Source: Paramoeba atlantica (Eukaryota; Protista; Discosea). Taken from it: a stretch of 64,000 nt of DNA. Under the pieces are notes generated by a model, which did no database searches, had not been told where the DNA came from, and saw only the letters and a list, made by a program, of their open reading frames with translations. The stretch is from the NCBI GenBank assembly GCA_977017575.1, contig CDRNVI010000140.1, forward strand, positions 186,001 to 250,000, in the 5' to 3' direction. The position numbers were made by a program, and so were the translations under genes. This document shows, piece after piece, positions 11,532 through 23,219 of the stretch (its first letter is position 1; each line of letters opens with the position of its first letter).

Positions 11532-13329
11532 TTAATTTTCTTTCTTTACTCGAACTGGTTTTACCGTTCGTCCCTGCAACCAAATAATTATTATTCAACA
11601 AAAAAAAGAAAAAAAAATTGAAAATCAAAAAATGAAAGAAAAAAAAAGAGAATGTCAAAAAAAAAAAAAAACCTTTAATTGTATGATAAGTTCAACAATG
11701 TTCGGATCTTTTGTAACATCAAGCGCTGTTTTACCAGCCGAACACAAAAAAAAAAGAAAAGAAAGTTTCTTAAGATAAAAACTTTATCTTCGAAAACTTT
11801 ATCTTGAAGACTAACGTTGGATCCACGTTCAACAAGAATCTTCACTATTTCTTCAAAACCTTTCTCAGCAGCATAGTGAAGAGCGGTCCATCCATACTTT
11901 AACAAAAAGAAATTGTGAAAAAAACATAACAAAATAAATATCACACAACACAACCATTCACAATCAACACATGAAACAACAAACAATGAACCACAACAAC
12001 AAACAAAAAACGAGAAAAAAAAATCTAAAATGAGACAAGCCAACAAATCAAAAAAAAAATATGAAATCAAAAGAAAATCAAAACGTCATTTTGAAGATCA
12101 ACATTGGACCCACGTTCAACAAGAATCCTCACAACTTCTTCAAAACCTTTGGAAGCAGCTAAGTGAAGAGGAGTCCATCCACACTTTAACAAAAAGAAAT
12201 GGTTAAAAAAAGAACTCAGATAAAAACAAAAGAAAATAAAATAAAATAAAATGAAAATCAAACTTTATCTTGAAGATCAACATTGGATCCATGTTCAATC
12301 AGAACTTTCACAATTTCTCCAAACCCTTTGAAAGCAGCTTTGTGAAGGGGCATCCATCCATCCTGAACAAAAAGAAGTTGTTTTAAAAAAGAACAAAACA
12401 AAACAAATCAAAAAAAATGAAAATCAAAACATTGGTTTGAAGATGAACATCGGATCCATATTCAAGAAGAATCTTCACAATTTCTTCAAAACGGAAGTGA
12501 GCAGCTACGTGAAGAGCGGTCAAGCCATACTTAACAAAAAGAAGAAAATGAGAAAAACAAAGAAAAAAGGAAAATCAAAAAAAAAATGAAAATCAAAACA
12601 TTGGTTTGAAGATGAACATTGGATCCAGATTCAAGAAGAATCTTCACAATTTCTTCAAAATCTTTCTCAACAGCTTTGAGAAGAGCGTTCTCTCCAAACT
12701 TAACAAAAAGAAGTTGTCAAAAGAAACAAAAAAATATCGTCACAAACACATCAAGAATAACGTGAAACAACCAACAAATCAACAAATAAAAATGAGAAAA
12801 ACAAAATGAAAAAATGAAAATCAAAACTTTGTTTTGAAGATGAACATTGGCTCCATGTTCAATAAGAATTTTCACAACTTCTACAAAACCTTTCTCAGCA
12901 GCTTTGTGAAGAGCGGTCCATCCATTTTTTAACAAAAAGAAATTGTTAAAAAAAAAAGAACAAAAACAAAATAAATATCACAACACAACCATTCACAATC
13001 AACATGACCACAACACAAATAAACCCTCACAAAAGAAATTTTGTTAAAAAACAAAAAAAAAAACAAGAGAGAAAAGGAAGGAAGGAAGGGAAGAACAAAA
13101 AGAAAAAGAAAAGAGGGAAAAAGAGAGAGAAAATTTTTTTTTGAATTAATTTAATTCAAAAATGATTTTGAAAAAAAAAAACCTCGTCTTGGAATTGAAA
13201 GTTGAGATCGAGTTTGAATTGTTTGTTTTCTTTTCCAAGAAGAAGAGCTTTGACAAGTTCTTCATCTCCATTCTCAACACCTTCAAAAAGGTTCTCTGTT
13301 TCTTTGTTTGGAGTTTCTTCTTCTGCCAT
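11532..13329 (-). CDS. Ankyrin-repeat protein (paralog of 952-2563), 9 exons, tail GRTVKPVRVKKEN; two non-AG acceptors
   Basis: Exons 13183-13329, six 99-nt repeat exons (12828-12926, 12600-12698, 12431-12529, 12264-12362, 12085-12183, 11798-11896), 11673-11738, 11532-11573. Confidence 0.8.
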
Positions 13330-13914
13330 CTTCTTTCTTTTTTGTGACAAGGGAAGAGAAGAGAAGAGAAGAGAAGAGAAGAGCGAGAGGAGAGATAAAA
13401 ATGTTGGTTTTTTCTGTTGGGGTTTGAGGAAAGTGTGAAACTCTTTGAAAGTGGGAGGGGGAACAGACTTGCTCAAGCAAAGGAAGGAAAAGAGAAAGAA
13501 AGAAGAGAAAGAAAGAAGAGAAAGAGAAAGGAGAAAGACTCGTTTCAAATAAAACGAAAAGGAACAGTTCTGATGATGACGATTTACAAGATGAGGGGCA
13601 ATAAAACAGAGGAGCAATAAAACAAAACCGCCAAAGTTTGTAGGGAGTAGATTACGTCAGCAATCCTGCTTTTTTTGAAAGCCGTTGGCCAGAGAAAAAA
13701 GAGAAAAAAAGAAAAGAAAGAAAAGAAGAAAAGAAAGAAGAAAAAGAAGAAAAGAAAGAAGAAAAGAAGAAAAGAAAGAAGAAAAGAAGAAAAGAAAGAA
13801 GAAAAAGAAGGAATGCAAAAAAGGATCAGGCTCATTCTCCTTTCGAAAATTTTTTAACTTGGATACAGGTCACAAGATTTTTGATCCATTTTCTGTGTTT
13901 TGTTGTCTGCCAAG

Positions 13915-15347
13915 ATGGACGTTTGTTTCTCTTTCCTTCTTTTTCTTTTTCTTGTTTTTTTGTTTTCTTTCGTTTGCAATTCTTTGATCCCCTTTCCCTC
14001 TGTTTTTTTTGAGAGAACTATGTTTGCACCTATGGCGTTTACGTTTTGCACCTCCAAAAGTTTTTTTTTCTTCATTTTTTTTGCCACCAAAAAAAGTTTG
14101 CTTTGTTTGGTGGACACACCTCACGGAGAAGAGAGAAGACTTTTTTTTTTCTTTTCCTGAAAAGAGTTTGTTTTTTCTCTTCTTCGTGTTGTCAATGTTT
14201 TTAGCTTCTTTTTCAATTGACTGTTTGGGTTTTGAGGAAGGGGGTGAATCTTTTGAAAGGGAAAGCATAGAGGTGCAAATGAAAAACCCAAAACATTGAT
14301 AGGTGCAAACGTAAACGTGATAGGTGCAAACATAGTTCTCTCTTTTTTATTATCCTTTTTATCTTCCCAATCCTTCTCCTTCCTCGCTTCTCTTTCTCTC
14401 CTCTCAACAAAAAAACAACAGAATGATGAATTAATAAGAAAGATTGAAAGAGATGATCCTGAATTGGAGGAGGCTGATTTCCGTTTTAAACTGTTGGACA
14501 ATGATGGATGTCAACGTATCGCAAAGGTTTCCTCTCTCTCCCTTTTCTCTCTCTCTTTTCTCTCCCCAAAAGTGCTCTTTTTTAAAAGATCTGATTTGTT
14601 GGAATTGGTGTAGGCACTTGAGACAAATACACATCTGAGGAACTTGGTTTTGGCAAGTAATAAAATTGGAAATGGTATTTTTTTTTCTTTTTTTTTTCAT
14701 TATCTTTCTTTAATCAAAATTTAATTTTACTTTTTTGTTCAATTTATTCTTCGATTTATTTATTCTTTCTTTCTCTCTTCCTTTCTCTTCTTTCTCTTCT
14801 TTCCCTTCTCTTTTCTCTTCTTTGTAGATGGTTGCAAATATTTAGGAGAGGCACTCATAACAAATTATGCTTTGAAATCACTTGATCTTGCTTTTAACCC
14901 CAGTATTACCAATAAAGTCTCTTTTCTTTTCTTTCTTTCCCTTTTCCTTTCCTTCCCTTCCCTTCCCTTTTTTTATCTTTTAATCCCAATATTACCGATT
15001 AAATTTCTTTTCTTCCTCCTCTTTCTGCCCTCCTCTCTTTCCTTTTCCTTCTTTTTAATCAATATTTTCTTTGCAGGGAGCAACTTTTCTGTTAAATGCT
15101 CTGGATAAAAATTTCACACTCACTCAACTTGTTTTATTATTTAACAACCAAATAACTTCTGTATGTTTTTTTGTATCTTTCCTCTTTCCTCTTTTCTCTT
15201 TCTTCTCTTTCTCATTTATATCTTTTAATGCCACTCCTTCTACTACTAATCTTTTCAAATGAATAGAGAGTAACAAAACAAATCAAAACATGTTTAGATC
15301 GAAATCAAGATGCTTTCTCTCCAGATATTAAACCTGCCAAAAGATGA
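13915..15347 (+). CDS. LRR-only protein, paralog of the N-terminal half of the LRR-kinase, ending DIKPAKR
   Basis: Six exons with the same positions and phases as 5633-6990; last exon RVTKQIKTCLDRNQDAFSPDIKPAKR*. Confidence 0.85.
14011..14342. mobile_element. MITE-like element with ~42-bp imperfect TIRs in intron 1 of the LRR gene
   Basis: Left end gagagaactatgtttgcacctat..gtttacgttttgcacct is the reverse complement of right end aggtgcaaacgtaaacgtgataggtgcaaacatagttctctc. T-run flanks; the paralogous intron near 5715-5745 lacks it (empty site). Confidence 0.8.
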
Positions 15348-15587
15348 TCACCGATGGTTTTTCAACTTTTATAAACAGTCGGAAAATCCTTTTGTTTCAG
15401 AGTTTTCTGAGTTTCTTTCTTGTTTTGAAGCAAGGTAAATTTGAGAGAAATCTGAGTAGCTTTATAACGGTTGAATCTGAGTCGAAATCAACTTGAAATC
15501 AACAATCAACATCAACAAAAAGACCGACACCTTTGGTTTCAGTATTCCAGAGGCTTCCCTTCTCTCGCAATGATCTCACACCACCCC

Positions 15588-16392
15588 TTAGAACGATTGA
15601 ACTCCACGTTCCTTCAGCCACCTCTGGAAGTTTGGTTGTGCAGCAACATTGTCACAAATTGCCTTGATTTTTGGGTGTTTTGCAAGGAGCTTGTTGGTTC
15701 GTTCCTTGGAGGTAAAAGGCTCCACGAAAAGTTTGCTGGTCTTGTCATCTGTTTGGTGCGCCTCAAGAGTTTCAGCATAAGCGTTGTAGATCACAAGATC
15801 AGCCAAAGAAAGCTTGTTTCCAACAGCAAAACCAGGCTCACCAGTCAACTGATTTTCCAAGCGACCTGTCCACCAAGGCAGGAAACGTTCACCTCTCTTG
15901 GACATATCAGCTTGCCCATCAATATCAGTCGCTCCTTGATCAAACCACTTATCAACATTCTCTTGTGGAGCTGGTTGGTGAACTGCGGGAAAAAGATGGA
16001 TGATTAGGATGAATGAAGAAGAGGAAAATGAAAAAAAAAAAAAAAAAAAAGACACAAGGAAAGAGTTTGCCAAATTCGGTGATGACCTCCTTAATGGTCT
16101 CAACAACAGCGAGAATTTGAGCAGCTTCCAAGTTGTTCTTTCCCAAAAAGCCGAGTTCAGCAGCAAAATAGTACCAGATACCAATGGATTGACCAATTTC
16201 AACACCACCAATATTAGCAACAGGAAGTCGACCATTGTTCGCTGCCAAGTTGACATGTTTAGGAATTGGACCAAAAGGGTATCGACCATCCTCATAATCA
16301 GCTGGTGGGAACTTGCCAGACAATGCAAGCATCACTCGGGTAACTTCCATCAAACCGCGTCCACTCCAGTAGTTCAAGGTAATGTTGGACAT
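15588..16392 (-). CDS. Glutathione S-transferase, one intron
   Basis: N-terminal YWSGRGLMEVTR...GRLPV...GQSIGI (thioredoxin-like GST N domain) and C-terminal FAVGNKLSLADL...HPKIKAICDNVAAQP. Confidence 0.88.
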
Positions 16393-17106
16393 GATGAATT
16401 TCGATTGAAACAATGGAAAAAAGTGAAGACAATTTTTGAAAAGGAAGAGGGAAGGAAGAGAAACAAAACAAAAACACCAGATTGTTCATAAAGGAATGTT
16501 TTTTATTCGTAGTACAAAATAGTTTCTTGGAATTTGGAGACAATGGCGATTTTTCTTCGAAATTGTTGCATCCCAAAAAGTCGAAAATTTTTACATCAAA
16601 TCAAACTATGAAATCAACAACAAGGTTCAAATTTCTCTTTTCAAATTTTCCATTTCGTGACAGTTCTTGACAGGATGGACGATAATGATTCTCAGCAAAT
16701 GATTGAGAAATGGCTCGTTTGAAGGCTCAAGTTTCCCTTCTTCAGAAACAAAGAGAAAAAGAAAACTCATGATAAAATTAAGAGCTCCCATGGAAAAAGT
16801 GAAGACAATTTTTGAAAAGGAAGAGGAAAGGAAGAGAATAGCAGCTCCCACACACTTTGATATCAAAATGCTGCCCTTGAATCCCACTCTCCTCTCTTCT
16901 AGAACCTTTTCCCTCAAATCTTTACCCTTGGCAATGGAATAAAAATTTTAAGAGAAAAAGTTTCCCTTCTCCAGAAGCTTGATAGAAAACAGAAACAAAG
17001 AGAAAAAGAGAAAACTCATGATAAAATTAAGAGTTCTAAATATTTTTTAAGAGCCCCAAATATTTTTTTGCTTTTTTTCGTTGTGTGGGGGTTTTGCTCT
17101 CTCTGG

Positions 17107-19083
17107 ATGAGCTTTCTTTCTTTCCTTTTTTTCTTGTTCTTCTTTCTCTCTTGTTCTCGATCTGATGATTTATGCTTTGAGTATACTCTTCAAAATGAAT
17201 GTACATCTGTTTTGGGGACTGTTTTAGTGGATCAAGAAGAACAACAAGACTTCTTTCTTGAGAATGTTTCGTTGACTGTTTCGAATGTTCGAATGTTTGG
17301 ATCTGATTGTCGGAGACAATTTTTGTCTTATTATTGTCAATTGATGTTTGGTGGTTTTGTTTGCGAATCTTCATCATCTGAAGAACAACTTTGTTTGGAA
17401 GAACAATATTGTTTTCAGGTTTCAGAGTCTTGTTCTGATGATTTTCTCCTGAATTGTTCTTCATCATCATCTTCACCAGCACCAACACCATCACCATTGA
17501 CATCATCTTGCCAAGAAGAAGTGATGACACAAATTGAAAAAGTTGTTCAACTCCCAATTGAAGTTCAAACTTGTTTAAACAATGCGAAAGAAGACATTGA
17601 GTGTTGTATCAAACCTTATGTTTTTGATGAGAATAATGAATGTGTTGTTGAGTGTCCTCAATATCTTTATGGTCAAGATTTGGAATATTGGATTGGCACC
17701 TCCGCCTTTGTTTTCTTTTGGATTTCTTTTCTTGTTTATATCATTGCCATAATTCCCTTTTACATGACTGAGAATTTCAGGTTATTTGATTTCTTTTTGT
17801 TGTTGTTGTTGTTTTGGATCCAATGAGAAAGAAAAAAGAATCAGATTGAAGAAAGAGAATGTTCATTTATTTGAAAAATTGTGATGAAAAAAATGGGAAA
17901 AAATAGATACCCATACAATGTTCTTTTTATCTTTTATGCCTTTTTTCTTCTTGCTTTCACACCTTATTTTTGGGGGATATTTGGAGGTACACAATTTTTA
18001 TTCTTTTTCTTGAAAAGGGGTTGGGATCTCTTTCTTTTCTTTTTCTTTGGTCTTAATTGGTTTTTTTAAAAGGAGGACCTGCGAAATTTGTATGTGGAAG
18101 TGAAACAAACTTTTGGAAAGCAATAGATCATTTCGGAAAGTCAACTCGATCCATCATCCAATATTCTTCGTGGGTTCTCTTCTCTACTTCTTCTGCTTGT
18201 TTATGGTCCCTTTTTGCATTCAATTTCCTCTGTAGTTCATTACGGTAAAAAATTGTCCTTTTTTCTTTTCTTTTTTATCCTCTTCAAAAAAAAATGATAT
18301 TTTTATTATTGATCACCTATTTTGTTTATTCTTGATTCATTTATTTCTTTTTCTCACTTAACAGCCCCTTTACTTCATACTTTGACAAGTTTATTGTACA
18401 ACCAGTCAATCCGACGCTTATTCGCTCTCTGATCTCTTTTTGTGTACTCTTTTCTGTTTCAATCTTTCTGGGATTTCTTCTCTTTGCTTTTTTGGGGAAT
18501 TATGATGCTTCAAAATTACTCTTTACTCCTTCGCCAGTGTATGCATTTCCAAATCCTATTGACAATATTTTTTTTGCTTTTCAATATCCATTCATTCTCT
18601 TTGGTGCAATTGGGACTCTCTTTTTTTTTATTGGAATTGGCTTCTTCCTAAGACGAGGGAGACAAATTTTATATTTTCAATGGTAAAAGAGACTCTTTTT
18701 GTTTTTGATCCAGATTTTTATTCTTTCTTTTTCTCATTTCAATTCTAAAAAGGAGGGCATTTTTCGCTGGGTGCTTTTGGTTGACAACATCATCAATTTT
18801 TTTGTTGGCGCTTCTTCTTCCTGGGCCTTCAGCTTCTAGTATTGTTGATTATTCAAAATGTGTTGCTTCTCACCCACAAATCAGCCCAACGTCATGTACA
18901 CAGAAACATGATTCACCAGATTTCTTTCTTTATGAAGACTTTCTGGTTGTGTCTTTGTTTATGTTGTTGCTTTTGGTTGCTTTTATGACAAATGAGCAAA
19001 TGGTTGGTTGGTGGAAAGATCTGATCTCCAAAAAGTGTTTTTCGAGGTATGAACAAATACCTGATCAGTACTCTCTGAATTGA
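17107..19083 (+). CDS. Frizzled/Smoothened-like receptor (signal peptide, Cys-rich ectodomain, ~7 TM)
   Basis: Hydrophobic leader, Cys-rich region (C..QFLSYYC, VVECP), multiple TM exons (RYPYNVLF, FVCGS..., VGWWKDL); about 5 exons. Family assignment is from motif resemblance only. Confidence 0.65.
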
Positions 19084-19391
19084 TCTTTTCTTTGAAAACG
19101 AAATATTGTTGAATTTTGGAGAAAACAACAAATAATTATTTTCTCCATTCAAACAAATTGGTTGTAAGATAAAACAAATGGAAATTACCCCTATTTTAGA
19201 TTTAGCATTAAACTTGAGCCAGGTTATTTTTTTTTGGATTTAAGATTCTTTAACTGCTGATTTTGAAAAAAAAAAAATGAGAAGATTTTATCATAAAATC
19301 ACCAAAAAAATCAAAAAAAAAAAAAAAAATCAAAAAAAAAATCAAAAAAAAAAATCAAAAAAAAAATAATTTAAACAATTCTTCAATTATT

Positions 19392-21224
19392 TCAATTTCG
19401 AATCAAAACAATCGGCAAGTTCTCAGAAATCAAATGACCATCCGAAAGAACAACAACCAAATTCACTTCAAACTCAACTTTAAAAGTCTTATCAGAAACA
19501 GTTGGACAAGTAAACAGTCGTGGAAAAACCATAAAAATTGGAATCTTTGGTCCTCGAAGTACATCTCCATCTGCGATTTGGATATTTTGGATTTCCGTTG
19601 CTAAAAGAAAAAGAGAAAGAAAAATTAATGAAGGAGAAATTAAAAATTAAATCATTAAAAAAAAATGAAGCATCAAATTGTTACAATAATTTGATCTTAT
19701 TCTCGAAATTGAATACTCACTTCAAAAAGAATTCAATCGAACAAAAAAAAAAATTCTAACAAACGAAGAATAAAATGAGAATAAAAGAATAACAAAAAGA
19801 TAATAATAATAAGATGAAGGATGACAATAAACAAAGAAATCCTTTCGAAAACCCCTCAGTGCAACCACAAAGCGAAACAAACAAATGATAATAATAACAA
19901 TAATAATAACAATAATAATAAGAAGGAGAATAATAAATAATAAATAATAAATAATAAATAATAAATAATAAATAATAAATAATAATAATAAAAGAAAAAC
20001 CTTCTTTCGCAAATCCCTCAGCACAACCACAAGTCTCAACCCTCACCAATTGCAACTCAATCGATTTAATAATGGCAGTCGCTTCTACAACACAAATAAT
20101 AATAATAATAATCATAATAATAATAATCATAATAATAATAAGAATAATAAATAATAAATAATAAATAATAAATAATAAATAATAATAAAAAGAAAAATAA
20201 CAAAAGAAAAACCTTCTTTCGCAAATCCCTCAGCACAACCACAAGTCTCAACCCTGACCAATTGCAACTCAATCGATTTAATAATGGCAGTCGCTTCTTC
20301 AACACAAACTTCACCAGTCAATGGTTCAGAGATTAACATTTGTGCAGAATCGAGATGTCCATTGACTTTGAATTTTGGGATTTTGTCAATTGATGTTTTT
20401 CTTACGTTGCTTAAGGACTGGGGGGATTGGGTGGTTAGGTTTTTTGGAGAGGGAGAGAGAAGGGAAGAGAGAGAGAGGTGGAAGAGAGAAAAGGGAAAAG
20501 AGAGAGGATTTGAATATCTTTGCTCCTTTTTTTTTTTTCGGAATAAAGAAAGAAGAGAGAAAGAGAGAAAGAAGAAAAAGAAGAAAAAGAAAGAGAGAAA
20601 AAAGACAAAAGAAAAGAAAAGAGAAAAAAGGAAGACCCAAAAGAGAGAGAGAGAGAGAAAGGAGAGAGAAAGGAGAGAGAGAAAAAGAAAAAAAGAAAAA
20701 AAAAACCTCAGGAGTAATAGTAAATTCAATACGATTTTTCTTTGGAGGAGTAGGAGTAGTACACTCAACAACAAACTCCATCTTCTTTTGTAAATTTTTG
20801 GCCAAAAAAGTTCTCAATAAATCACATGTCAAACTGTATTGGATGTTTACGAATACGCCGTGGTATGTTTCGAATATTTTTGTTTGTGTTCCTGTTTGGT
20901 TTTTTTTTTTTTTTGTGAGAGGGGGGAAGAGAATGGGTTTGGGAAAAGAGAGATGAGAGAAGGGAAGAAGAGAAGAAAAAAAGAGGGAAAAAAGAAAGAG
21001 AGAAAAAGAGAGAAAAAGAGAGAAAAAGAGAGAAAAGAAAAAGAAAGAGAGAAAAAAGAAAAGAAAAAGAAAACCAGAAGGATTCAAAACAAATTCAAAA
21101 GGCAATTCAGTAATCCCTTTTGGAATTTTACCAGATTTGACAACTTCAAAAGTATTCTTGATCACATCAATTGGTTTTAAAGAATTGTAGAAAGCTTCAA
21201 ACATTCCCACACTGTTTTTTTATT

Positions 21225-21276
<52 letters not shown>

Positions 21277-22977
21277 TTATTATTATTAATTATTATTATC
21301 TTAATCATTCTGATTATTTCTTATTCTTTTCGATTTTGGTTTTTGGTTTTTTGGTTTTTGGTTTTTGGATCAAGGTAGAGAATGTAGAAAGAGAAATAAA
21401 AAGAGAAGAGAGAAAGAAAGAGAGGAAAGAGAAAGAGAAAGAAAGATAAAAGAAAAAGACGGAACGTAGAAAAGAGAAAGAGAGAAAGAAAGAGAAAGAG
21501 AAGAGGAGAGAAAGAAAAGGAGAGCTCTTTGAACTCGATTGAAGAGTACGGTAATAGTAATACCATTTTGACAGAAAAGGTTTGATTGAAGAGTAAGCTC
21601 GAAAGAATCAAGAGAAAGAAAGAGAGACAGAGAGACAGAGAGACAGAGAGACAGAGAGAAGAGAGAAGAGAGAAGAGAGAAGGAGAGAAAGAGAAAGAAA
21701 AAAAGAAAAAGCCCTCTTGGAACTCAATTGAAGAGTGAACTCAAAGAATAGAGGAGAAAGAGAGAACACAGAGAACAGAGAGAGAAAGAGAGAAAACAAA
21801 GAGAAAGAGATAAAGAAGAAAAGACCTCTTTGAACTCAATTGAAGAGAAACACCAGTAACAGTAATAGTAATACCAGATGACAGAAAAGGTTTGATTGAA
21901 GAGCGAACTCAAAGAATAGAGTAGAAAGAAAGAGAAGAGAGAAAGAGAGAGAGAGAGCAGAGAGAAAGAGAGAAAAGAGAAAAGAAAAAACCTCTTAGAA
22001 CTCAACTGAAGAGTAACAACACCAGAAACAGTAATAGTAATACCATTATGACAGAAAAGGTTTGATTGAAGAGTGAACTCAAAGAATAGAGTAGAAAGAA
22101 AGAGAAGAGAGAAAGAGATAAAAAGAAAGAGAGAAAAGAGAAAGAGAGAAAGAGAGAAAAGAGAAAGAAAAAACCTCTTAGAACTCATTTGAAGAGTAAC
22201 AACACCAGAAACAGTAATAGTAATACCATTATGACTAAAAGGTAGAGAAAGAGAAAGAGAGAAAGAGAAAAGAAAAAAGAAAAAACCTCTTAGAACTCAA
22301 TTGAAGAGTAACAACACCAGAAACAGTAATAGTAATACCATTACGACAGAAAAGGTTTGATTGTGGAGTCAATTCTAAAGAACAGAGAAAGAAAGAGAGA
22401 AAGAGAAAGAGAGAAAGAAAAGAAAAAACCTCTTAGAACTCAATTGAAGAGTAACAACACCAGAAACAGTAATAGTAATACCATTATGACTAAAAGGTAG
22501 AGAAAGAGAAAGAGAGAAAGAGAAAAGAAAAAAGAAAAAACCTCTTAGAACTTAATTGAAGAGTAACAACACCAGAAACAGTAATAGTAATACCATTATG
22601 ACTAAAAGAGCTGTCTGAATCGAGAACAACTACCCCAGATACCACATCCTATTTTTTTTTTTTTTTGTTTTTTTCTTTTTTGTTAATTTTGTTGAAACCA
22701 AAAAACTCTCTTTCTTTTTTTCATGATTTTATCTTCTTTTTTGTTCTTTTTGTTCTTTTTGTTCTTTTTGTTCTTCTTCCTTCTTGCTCTTGGATTCTTT
22801 TGTAATCTTGATTGAATCTCAATTCTGTGCACAAGATTTTTCATTTAAACTTCACACTCGTCCTGTTTGCTGACCCTTGACAATCCTTCTCTCTTCAATT
22901 AAAAAAAATAAAAACAAAACTCCAGGATTAAAGACACGATCAGCTTTCTTGAGACGAAGATCCAAACCAATCCCCAT
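19392..22977 (-). CDS. VPS26C: Vacuolar protein sorting 26C (DSCR3), retriever subunit
   Basis: Exons give MGIGLDLRLKKADRVFNPG, VTLQLSSKSVGMFEAFYNSLKP, FETYHGVFVNIQY, ELQLVRVETCGCAEGF, TEIQNIQIADGDV...MVFPRLFTCP, all hallmark DSCR3 motifs. Confidence 0.93.
19830..20310 (-). repeat. Tandem duplication (1 full + 1 partial extra copy) of the VPS26C exon end EATAIIKSIELQLVRVETCGCAEGFAKE, separated by (AAT)n tracts
   Basis: Copies at ~20212-20300 (real exon), ~20000-20090 and ~19840-19880 (degenerate CGCTEGFSKG). Confidence 0.85.
21520..22620 (-). repeat. Array of ~8 copies of the 3' part of VPS26C exon 2 plus donor site
   Basis: Motif ctcttagaactcaattgaagagtaacaacaccagaaacagtaatagtaataccatt (plus strand) recurs at ~22541, 22429, 22287, 22175, 21991, 21825, 21712 and 21523 with progressive decay. 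Confidence 0.9.
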
Positions 22978-23219
22978 TTTCTCCTTTTCTTTCTCTCCTC
23001 TCGAACAAAACCGAGAAAATCCGAGAACTTTCTGAACAACAACCACAATTACCCAAATATGGACACCATGAAACAATAAATTACTAAAAATGGAGAAATG
23101 ATGTGACAACGCCGTTTTTTTTTCGAGTTCAAAAAAAGATTTTTGGGTCTTTTGAGTGTGAGAAAATCTCTCCACGTCACTTTTCCGCAAGTCTTTCTTT
23201 TTTTGTTTCGTTTTGTGCC

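Noticed and set aside
13584-13860. Complex stretch at 13620-13700 between divergent genes, possible ncRNA or exon
   Set aside because: No recognisable RNA motif, hairpin or splice partner.
16411-17035. Short local duplications upstream of GST (16411-16460 ~ 16789-16840; 16749-16785 ~ 16995-17033) and a 79-aa ORF
   Set aside because: Ordinary small duplications without TIR, TSD or coding support.
21520-22620. CRISPR-like look of the repeat array with variable spacers
   Set aside because: The repeat is a VPS26C exon fragment, the spacers are related CT-rich intron copies, there are no cas genes, and the context is eukaryotic.
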